DNA from: Vitrella brassicaformis CCMP3155
Taxonomy: Eukaryota > Protista > Chromerida
Direction of reading: 5' to 3'
Assembly (NCBI GenBank): GCA_001179505.1
Contig: CDMY01000436.1
Span: 310,001-374,000, forward strand
DNA length: 64,000 nucleotides
In this document: positions 24,672 through 34,989 of the stretch, one piece after another
How positions within the stretch are numbered: position 1 is the stretch's first letter
Layout: every line of letters starts with the position of its first letter
Program-made: the position numbers and the translations under genes
The notes under the pieces: model-generated
Databases searched by the model: none
The model's input: only the letters and a program-made list of their open reading frames with translations
Told to the model about the DNA's origin: nothing

Positions 24672-24844
24672 CTGAGCTCAGCTGAGAGAGCGGTTTCACG
24701 AAATGTCCTAAGCGGCCTGACGGCCAAGTCCCATGTCTTTCACGCACAATCAAACGACGACACGCAACAGGAATCACCCACGCACGCTCCACATGCACAG
24801 AGGAACCCAAGGAACACTCACGAGGCCTCCTGAGCTCAGCTGAG
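24672..24844. promoter_or_regulatory. Two identical 15-bp palindromic motifs (CTGAGCTCAGCTGAG) in the HAD/apicortin divergent intergenic region
   Basis: Exact copies at 24672-24686 and 24830-24844. A regulatory role is inferred from position only. Confidence 0.4.
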
Positions 24845-24924
24845 GGTTTCCCCCGGAAGGCCCCCAGTCTCTTGGCACGTCGCATACCGACACACTAACC
24901 AACCAACCAACCAAGACGCCAAGA

Positions 24925-25803
24925 ATGGCACTTTCAAGCGCTGTCGGCCGCCACCGCAACATATTCGAGAAACTGTGTGATCCCTCCCTCTATACAGGTA
25001 CCCGGTTGCAAAGCAGCATCGCAGCAAAACTGCTGCCTTCCCCGATTGTCTGCAGGAGCACATAGGGAGCGATTCGATGAGAACGGCAAGGGCAGAGGGC
25101 TGGCGGGACGAGAGTAGGCAGCACACTCAGCTTTGCTCGTATGCCTGGCCCTGTTGTGTCTCGTGTAGATACGTGTATTACGTTGATGGGATGACTGAGA
25201 GCCCCACGCGATGCCACGAGGTATACTCGTCTGTGAGGGAGAGACCCAAACGCAAACCGCTCAGAAGACCTCCCGCGCTCAAAGGTAGATGGATGGCCCA
25301 TGACCTCCACGACCGCCATTGTGGCCATTGTTCTCCTGTGTTTGTGTTCATGCAGAGCGTATGTCCGGGGCGTCAGGCGGTGTCTATGCCTAGCCATCGC
25401 ACGCCATTGACTTTTTGGACGACAGACCGCCGAGGGCGAAGCTCATATGGCTGTACAGAAACGGAGACAAGAAACACCTGGTGACAAGACGCTCACAAAC
25501 GAGACACAAGCGTCGGGTATATGCGTCTCTCTCTCTCTCTTCATTCAGGGCTCTCCCTCCTTCGTGCGGCCGCATGTGCAGTCGCTGGACCTGCTGTATC
25601 GTGAAGCGTCAGCTGAGATCCGCCTGCTCACCGGGCCGGTCAAACGTCTGTATGACCAACATCTGGAGGCAATCAGAGACATAGACGACCTCACCGACGG
25701 CGGCAAGTATCTCTGCTGCGCCGGCGAGCAGCCATGTATGGAGAAGCTGGACCATTTCCTCTCTGACTACGTCGTATGGCCGACTCTGCTGCACACGAGA
25801 TAA
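24925..25803 (+). CDS. DCX: Apicortin (partial p25-alpha/TPPP domain + doublecortin domain)
   Basis: NIFEKLCDPSLYTG|AHRERFDENGKGRGLAGRE|YVYYVDGMTESPTRCHEVYSSV (partial p25-alpha), then KLIWLYRNGDKKHL|GSPSFVRPHVQSLDLLY...GPVKRLYDQ...DDLTDGGKYLCCAGE (DCX). This architecture is diagnostic of apicomplexan apicortin. The exon junction at about 25285-25425 is unresolved. Confidence 0.93.
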
Positions 25804-25942
25804 GCTGCACTGATGGTGGAGGGATGGATGGGAGACACACATCAATTGTAGCAGGCGATGCATCCATATGAACGAATCCATTATATAGTGGTTGGCACGC
25901 GTCAGTTTGTCAACGGTCCGCTGAAGTGCTATCTACGTTCCA

Positions 25943-28900
25943 TTAATGCAGCCCCGACTCGTCTAGCGCAGCCTCTTGAACCTTCTCGGGGATCTTCCAC
26001 ATGAAGATCGCACCCTCCTGCAATGCAATTAACACAATCACACACATCCGCACACAGCACACCGACAAGGAATGGCGGTCTCTCTCTGTGTGTTGATTTG
26101 TTACCTGTCCGCACGTGACAGCGAAGCTCTGGTCCGGGGCGATGGCGCACGCAGTGATGCCCCCACTGTGGCCGAGGCCTGCGTGCTTGCACACCTACAC
26201 ACACACACACACACACAGGGGGAGAGAGAGGGACATGTACAGAGTATTGTCCCAGCTGAAGGGCCACCCACTGTGCAGTCCACTGCTGACCCCCTCGTCA
26301 TAGTCCCAGAGCCTTGCGAGTTTGTCCTCTCCGCCGGTGAGGAAGTGGGAGCCGCTGCGGGTGATGGCCAGGCACGTCAGCTCGCCCGTCTCACTCCCCT
26401 CCAACGCACGGATCGGCTGACCGTCAAACGCATCCCACCTACACACACACACACACACATGCATAGACATACACGATTGGTTGGTGTGTCTGTCTGTGTC
26501 GGTTTAGTGCATGTGGGTATCTATCGACCAGACCACGTGAGCTTCCTGTCGGATCCTGTGGTGAGGATCTGTGACTCGTCAGGGTGGTACACCAAAGCCT
26601 TGAACATCGTCGAATCGAACAAACACGACACCCTGACAAACCAAGGGGAGAGAGAGAGGGAGAGAGGCCATCCGATTGAGTGTCGATCGACGTCTGTGGC
26701 TCTTCCTTCCCTCGCATCCCCCGGACGGACCTTGTGAAGGTGTTGAGGTCCCACACAATGACCGAGCCGTCAGATGACGCAGACACTGCCTGCTGATCGT
26801 TCTCACGGATCTGACGAAACAGACGGACGCGACCGCATTGCCCTTTCGCCAGCCAGCTATGGGTTATGCGCATATGATTTCACCTTGAGGCACCACACGC
26901 GTCCCCGGTGCTCCTTGAGCGAGGCCTCCATCGTCTGGGTCTGACTGCACCCACCCAAAGCACACGCAAAACAAGCGCCATGTTCATGTTGTGTGTCATG
27001 CATCTGCTTCCATACGTGCAGCATCTCACCCACCGCAGGATTTTCCACACACGCACTTCGCCATTCATGCCCCCGGACACCACCCGCCCGCAGTCCGACG
27101 TGCAGGCCAGGGCGGTGGCGCCGTTCTGGTGCGCATCGTGGATGGCGTACATCAGCCGGCCGCTCTGCGGCAGGAAGCCGCGAATCTTGCCGTCGGACCA
27201 ACCTGACGAACGAACGAACGAACGAACAAACAAACAAGACACCAACATTGATATCGATGTGGTGTCTCGTCCTTTTTCAGTTCTGACCTGATACGATGGA
27301 TTTGCCGTCCCTCATGAATGCGACGCAGTGGCACTCGAGGTTGGGCACCTGGATGCGCAGCAACTCCTGCCGTGTCTGCAGCACACACAATTGTCGCATC
27401 CAGAAGGCAATGAGCCACGGTCGTCATCCAGAAGGCACGGCTGACATACCTTGGCGTTCCAGACACGGATGTCGGTCATGGAACAGGTCGCAAACACCTT
27501 CGTTCGACACACAGAAAACACACGGAGAGAGCGAGGGACAATGATGGTCAGTTTGCTTGTGTATCGTTTGTTTGATTTGTGTGCCTCCGAGTATCCGAAT
27601 GGGAATGTGATGGCGTTGATGCGCTCTGAGTGGCACGTCGTCCGCAGCTCGGCCATCAGGGAATCACAGTCAACCTGGTATACATGGATGGAACACAAAT
27701 CAAGGAGGCAGACGAGAAGCAGGTGTCTTGCGTGTCTCGGCCCCCTCACCCACCCAGTAGATGTTCGACTTGGACGTGCCGCAGAAGAAGTGAGAGCCGT
27801 CGGGCGTGAGGGATATAGACGTCACCTCGCCCAACACCTGATTCTGGGTCCGCACACGCAGTGTCCCAGACGACAGCTGCAGTGGGTCGTGGCACCCGCA
27901 AGGGACAGGGAATCGACACGCAGAGGGTAACGTAACACGTCCGCAATGGATGAACGCCGATCCTGCTTATGTCAATGTCAGTCACTTTATTCACTCACCT
28001 TGGCGAGTGTGCCATCGCCTGTTCCGATGATGATGTCTCCGTTGGGTATCATGACGCTGCACGTGATGCCACGCTTGAAGAACTCCTTCGGCGGGCCAGA
28101 CTTTTTGAACAACCCTGCACACGAACAGCAACAGGGCTCCCGTATCATGTGTCTCATGTGTCGACGCTTACCTCTCTCCAGCCCGACTTCGAGCAGGTCG
28201 CCGCTCTGTGTGCCGCAGTAGAGCACCGTGTCCTCGGGATGCACCAGCAGCGACAGAGTGGTGCGGCGCAGCTTCCCTATGTTGCAGCCAGTGGGACGCA
28301 ACTGACAAACACAAAACATGAGAGCATGACGTATCTATCAACCACCAGCGGACGGAATTTCATTGCTGTCACTCACCTTCTTGTTAGGGAGGTCGAAGTT
28401 CCACAGTCTGACATGGTACTGGCCGCCCGACGCAAGGTGGAAATCCGACTTGGAGAAGAACGTCACAGACTTGGCCACCTCAGTTGCTGCCGGCGTGCCG
28501 CAGATCGGCGTCCCGCTCTCAACCTGCATTCACCGCACCCAGTCGGCAACAACTCTGACTGATGTCAATTGTTGCTTTGGCATCCGCACCTCCCAGATGA
28601 CGATAGAGTTGTCGTCCTGCCCGCCCAGCGAGGCCATGAACTGCTCCGATGGCGAGAATGCGATGCACTGCACGGCCACCTTGTGCAGCCGCAGGCGATG
28701 CGTCGCCTTGCGGCTCTCGAAATCCCATATGATCATGTCCGCCTGAAGGAGTGACACCAGCAGGTGAAAGAGAGAGACGGGTGCATCACATCACACCAGT
28801 GGAGAGAACAGCAGCTTACGGGGAAGCCCATGAAGGTCTTCTGTCCTGACGCCAGATACTTGCCGGAGGCGGACAGGGTGATGGCACTGATCTGCACACA

Positions 28901-29293
28901 CGTACAGACACAGCAACAGCAGATTGGTAGCCCGTCCGTCTCCTCTCTCTTTTCATTTCTTGCCTGGTTGTCATGTCCCTGCAGGAAGGTCTGTGTCCTC
29001 TGCAGGATGTTGCGAATGACAACACATGAGCCGAGGGGGAAGACCAGGTGCTCGCCATCGGGGTGCAGCCGCAAACCATTAGGCACCACACCTAACACAC
29101 ACACACACATTTGGGGGAGCACAGACATCATCTTGCACAGTGCAAATTGAAGTGCAGTCGCGTGAAGGCCTTGCTTGGGCTCAAAGGCACTCGTATCGAG
29201 CCCCCATCTCTTTCTTTGTCGCGAGAGCATCGTGCGTGTTTCCTCACCTCGGAACCCGATGACGGCCTGGATATCGAGATCCTCCGTCGCCAT
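25943..29293 (-). CDS. CFAP52: Cilia- and flagella-associated protein 52 (WDR16)
   Basis: MATEDLDIQAVIGFRG|VVPNGLRLHPDGEHLVFPLGSCVVIRN...GHDN|...SGKYLASGQKTFMGFP|ADMIIWDF matches the CFAP52 N-terminus. Many WD40 exons follow. Ends ...GAIFMWKIPEKVQEAALDESGLH*. Confidence 0.92.
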
Positions 29294-29448
29294 GGATGGC
29301 GGGGGACGCCTGCAAGCAGGAACTTTCGGAGGGAAGGCCAAGGAGCGAGCTTGTTCAACGGAAAAGTCTGCCGTTGATTCTGTGTGTTCGAACATCGACA
29401 AATTCTGCAGCCCATCTATCGCCCATTGGCACTGCTGATTCATCCAAG

Positions 29449-32400
29449 ATGCCGTCGCCTTCTGCGAGACAGCTTCGGGTGACCATCGTCAAGGGAGACT
29501 GCAGCCCTACCACCATCCCGCCTCCCAAGCCGCCGCACAACACATACGTCGCCATCAAGTGCGGCGAGCAGCGGCAGACCACCACACTCGCGCCAACCGG
29601 CAAGGTGTGTGAATGGAACGAATCGTTCTTCTTCGATTATCCGCCTGCCGAGGATGGCCGGATGTGGCGACTGTCGTTTCTGGGCATGACGAGGGGGCCT
29701 GACGGGAAAGAAGTGTGTATTGGCAGAGACGGGCTGACCTATGAGCCGCAGAGCGAAGGCCCCACCAGGGCAGAGATTGTCACGCTGATGAATGAGGTGA
29801 GGGGAAAAGCCCCCTCTGTCTGATCTATCTGTGTGTTTATTTGTGGGCATGCCATGCAGTCAGGGGAGATCAGTGGCCGTCTTGAGGTTGAGTACGGTCT
29901 CGTCAACCCGTCGGAATGGGAGGCGGACATTCCTCCCGTCGACGAGACCGCCACCCTTGAAGAGGCCCTCGCAGCCGGCAAAGCTTACGCACGTACGTAT
30001 ATAGCTGCCACAAACCTTGCTTACTCATCATTGTGTTGCATACACTGGTTGCAGAGCGTCACCGGGGCGCTTCATCTCAGAACGATCCCGAAGTCCCTTC
30101 CTCGCCGCCCCCCGTCCACAGTGAAGACGCCCATGAATACAGGGACACGGCAGATGAGTCACAAGCATTGTCCAACCCCAAGGCGGTGGCGCAGCGTGCG
30201 ATAGCTGCCGTGACCGACTACATCGCCATGCAGAACGCCCAGGCGATGGAGCAGGAGCAGATCGAGGAGCTGCTCAAGTCACCGAGGACAAAGACGGCCT
30301 GCAAGAGGCTCGGCTTCAAACCGGTCGATCTCAGACCGAAAAAGTAGAAAAGGATCGAAAACACAGACCACTGCTGCCATGCACTAGTACGATTTCCCTT
30401 TAAGCAGGCTGGAGGATTTCTTTGTGCGTGGCGAGGCCGAGGAGAAACAGCAGGTGCGGTTCGAGTATGCCGAAAGAAAGCGGCAGCAGCGGCTCAACCA
30501 GGTGCTGGACGAGCGTGACAAGCTGCTCGAAGACCCCATGGCCGCCACAACATACTCACAGGAGGAGGGCGGGGATGCGCGGCTGGCCGAGTCGATGACC
30601 ATGAGCTTCCTGCACCATCAGTCACAGGGCTCTGATACCCTCACCAGCCAGCAGCTGTCCTCGCTCAACGCCATCGAGCAGCTCATGGACAGGTGGGTGT
30701 GGTGTGCTCGCCGAATCAGTGAGCGTGTCGTGAGACACAAGGGCTGTCTTTTATGTCAGGGAGGCGAGGCGGCTCGAGCAGGAGCTGAGGCGGGAGCTGC
30801 GATATCACTCGATGATCGAGCAGGAGAACCAGAGCCAGGTGACTGACTGTGGGAGGGAAAGAGGAGGCACAACAGCTCATTTGCAGCATTCTTCCTTCCT
30901 TTCCTTCGTGTGTCGTGCATGCCATGCAGTTGGTGCGTGAGAAGGAGTTGCAGGACAGATTGGCGCGGATCGCAGAGAAGCAGGCCAGGTCGAGGGAACA
31001 CATCGCACTCAAAGCACAACGGGTAACCAACCACCCATTCATCCGGCCAGCCAGATGAGTGTCGCATCGACTCCATCGACCGTCTGTTTCTTCGTTTATC
31101 TTGGTTCACACACAGGTCAAGGATGCCGAGAGCGCCAGGAAGGAGCGAAGTGCTGAGTTGCAGGCACAGCTCAGCGAGTCCTTCAAACGCAAACAGCAGG
31201 AGCAAGAAGAGGTAGGTCAGTGAGTGAACTAGTGTGCGATTCGACATCATCATCCCACCGCTCCCTCCGTCTCTCTGCACACAATGGCAGCGTCAGTATG
31301 AGTCTGAGCAGCGTATGGAGCAGCTGCAGCAGAGCCGTGTGTCGTACTCCACCCTCCAGTCGGACCTCTGGCGCGCCAAGCGGCAGGACATGCTGAGGCG
31401 GCAGGAGGAGGCGGCCGTCGACAGGGCCATTCGCGGCGAGCAGTACATCGGCAGGTACCAGGCGCGGGTGTCCACCTTCGAGCAGAGGAAGGCCATGCAC
31501 GACAGGCAGAAGAAAATGCTCAACGCCACACAAGAGATCAGGTACACACAAACACACAGACTCACAGAGAGAGACACATATATTGCCCATTGGTGTGCGC
31601 ACGTGTGTGTCTGCAGGTACTTGGAGCAGCAGGAGCGGCTGTCGAAGCTCAAAGAGGATGCCAAGCGGCGGCGGGACAGCCTGATGGCAAAGATCAAGGC
31701 CAGGGAGGAGCAGATTGAGACACTCGAGATGCTCAAGAGCCAAATCATCATGCAAAGGAAGGCCCGCAGCATCCAACAGGCCGCCCTGCGGTCGACAGGC
31801 ATCAGCCTCAAAAAGATGGGCCCAGGGCCTTACCTTGGGCCGCACTCGGTATGTATGTATGTGTTCAAGGAAACAAACGCCAGCGCACATTGATCGATAT
31901 ATGCACGTTCGATCGTCTGTCGGTTGCTGGCTGGGTCAGATATCGAGCCTGGGCGAGCAGAGAGCGCCCAAGATAGCCACGACATCGGTATGCGCCGCGC
32001 CCCAATGGCGAGACACCACATGAGCTGTGTGCATGTTTTTCTTTGATTTGATCGGTACCAGCCTCCCAGCTTTATCGATGTGGTCCAAAAGATGAAGCGG
32101 GACGTGCCCGCACCTGGCATATACAACGTGACGGTACGTACGGTACCTGTGTACGAACACACGGTCAGACAGAAAAAAAGCGCAGCTCAGCCCGTCTGTC
32201 TGTCTGTCTCCGTGACATGGCATCCATGTCAGGTGTCGACAAAGGGCGCTAAGTCGTGGGGCGAGGGTCCGCGGGCGGTGATGCCCAAGGCAACCGGCAT
32301 GACCTTCTCCGACCAGGCAGCTAGAATCGCAAAGAGCATTCCGGGGCCGGGCACATACAAAGCGTGAGACGCCGGCCACTCACCCACCCACAAACACGCA

Positions 32401-32797
32401 CAATAAGAGAGACACGATGGCAGCAGAGTTGTCCCTGCCTGTGTGTGCGGTTCGATTCGATTCAGCCCGTCGACCACACTGGCTGGCTTGTCGCCTGTCA
32501 AGCTGAGCCCCGAGTATTTTCCCCAGAAGAACCCCGAGAAGCAGCTCAAAGACACGCGATCCACCGCCAGACTACAGGTAAGCAAATGTAAGCAAATGTG
32601 GCCACTCAGATCACGGATGGATGGATGGATGGGTGGGTGGATGAGTGCATTCATCTGTCTGTGGTTTTGTGTCTGTGCAGAAGTCGGAGGACCCCGGCCC
32701 CGGTTCGTATTCGACGGATGGGTACATCAAGGCTGCGGGGAGGATGAAGACCAACCAGTCCCTCCCGCTGCTCAAGAAAGCCATGCAACTCATATGA
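29449..32797 (+). CDS. C2 domain + long coiled-coil + C-terminal PGP (SHIPPO/STPG-like) repeat protein
   Basis: N-terminal C2 (LRVTIVKG...TYVAIKCGEQRQTTT...CEWNESFFF). Then LKSPRTKTACKRLGFKPVDL and about 300 aa of Glu/Arg/Gln-rich coiled coil. Then GPGPY, PAPGIY, PGPGTY and DPGPGSY repeats. Stop TGA at 32795-32797. Confidence 0.8.
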
Positions 32798-33467
32798 CAG
32801 CCAACCGGTTTCCCTCGGTCCGTCCTGCTGTCAAGCCGTCAGTGTGCTGCACTGTATGTGTGTATGTGTTTGTGTGTCGAGCAGACATTCGCTTTGCTGG
32901 GGGACTCGTGGTGTGTGTGTGTTGAAGAAGAGAGAAATGTGATGGTGCAGTGCCTGCGACTCACTGGCTCCATATCCCATCGCACAGTGATGATGATACA
33001 TGGATCGATCTGTCTGTAGATGGGATGGGTGCACTGCACTGCACGACTGAATGAATGGATGAATCATATAATGAAATAAATGACCGGTGGGTGGGTGCGG
33101 GGAATACATATTTGTCGCTGGCTGGCTTCGGTCAGTGGTAGCGTGATCAATGAGTGGGTCAGGTCAGTCAACACATGAATGTGATCAGATCGGCCGGTTC
33201 CGTCTAGCTATACACAAATTGTCACACACATACATGCACACATACACACACAGACACAGACTCAGACACAGACACAGACATGCATTCACTGTCCATCCAT
33301 CCATCGATCAGCCCAAGGTTCCCACACCGACCGACACCCACCCCCACCCCCACCCCTGAATGAATTACAAATAGCCATCCATCCATGGCATGGACAATGA
33401 ACCACACCCAACAGACAACAAAGCCGCCCTTCATTCATTCACTCAATACACACACACCATCCATTAG

Positions 33468-34525
33468 TCAGTTCGGTGCCGCCTGCTCCGCCCTCTTGCG
33501 CATCGATGACATCAGGTCACCCTGGTGAGATGCCCTCCCGTCCGACCCGTTCCCCTGACTTTCGTTCGTCTCAGCCTCTCCCTGCTGCCCCTTTCCCTCG
33601 GCAGACTCGTCACCACCTGAACCTGAAGCAGATCTATCATCCTTCGGTCCATCCTGCCCCGAGACACTCTCGCTGTCGGCGAAGCCTTCAGGATCGTCCC
33701 ACTCTGAATCATCATCGACAAAGTCATCATCGTCGCCCGCCGTGTCCTCCTCCTCTTCCTCCATCTGCTCGTCAACCTCCTTGGCCCACTCTTCGTCGTC
33801 AGACCCGGCGCGGTTGAACATGGCCTTGGCTTTGGCCTGTGGGCCGACATGCAGCACCTGCTCGCCGGGGAAGAGCTCCAGGACGGTGCCCTTGCCCTTC
33901 AGCCGGCCCCTCCTGCTCCTCGTGCCAGCGAGGTGAGGGGTGAGCATCTGGATGTGTGACCGGGTCCAGTCGTGGGCGGACTGAGAAAGCAAGTAGATGT
34001 GAAAGACCAGAAAAGCTGCCCAACCTACACACAACACACGCCAGGCAGGCAGGCAGGCAGGCAGTCAAAGGATGGAAAGATGTACACAGTGTGTGTGTGT
34101 GTGTGTGTGACACTGTGACTCTCTCTCGTAGTACATACCAGCAACGATGACCCAGAAGCATGAGCGCACGATGTTAAAGCCCATCGAGGGATCATGGAGG
34201 CCCGCACAGCCGTGTTCTTCTGGCTGCTACCTCTCTTCCTTGTGTGCCTCGCGATCACTCGCTGTCGTCCATCAGCACCAGCGGCAGCACAGCAGCATTT
34301 GGCACCTGTAGGATCAAAGTCGTGAAAGGCGGAGTACGGCGGAAAGAGAACCTGCCTCCCGGGGAAGATGCGAGGCTCCGATGAGGCATCTGGAGTGCGA
34401 GCTTTGGGTTTTCGTTGAGGTGTTGGGAAGGTGTAAGGGGGATTCAAGGATGCGCCAGATTGCGGCCGAGAGCGATGTGCAAAGGCCGTCGCCGACTTCG
34501 CGACGAGCCGGCGTGCAGCCGCCAC
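33468..34525 (-). CDS. Hypothetical single-pass membrane protein with an acidic C-terminus and possible mitochondrial presequence
   Basis: MAAARRLVAKSATAFAHRSR start. Spliced hydrophobic segment IVRSCFWVIVA|GWAAFLVFHIYLLS. Asp/Glu-rich tail ending at the stop at 33468. Confidence 0.6.
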
Positions 34526-34989
34526 CAGCGGGTGCGATGAGTGTGAGCGGCAGTGGCGCTGCCGCTGCCGAGTCTCAAGCCGCTGACTTTAGCCACGCGC
34601 ATACGCACACCCTTGCAGTGTGGAAGCGAAAGGGCTCCTTCTTGACCAAACACGATGGCGTTGCGGGTGAGTCAGCCTGGCACCACTGATGCGACGATGT
34701 AGAGCAGTGTGTGTTGAATTGTGTTGGATGACGTGACTGACGTCTGTCTGTGTGTCTGTGTGTCTGTGCGTTTGGTTGGTGTGCTCTGCGCAGGGATGGT
34801 GTGCAATTTTGTGCCGGGAGTTTTCTGCGCAGTTGGCGTCGTCTTGCTGGTCAGTGAGTGAGCGGCACGTGCAGTGGGTGCAGTGGGTGCAGTGCAGTGC
34901 AGTGCGCGTGACGACGTTTGTGTGCGTCCGTCTTGTGCTTGGCGTGTTTGTTGCTCACTCAGGTAGTGGAGGAGTACATTCCCACCACA

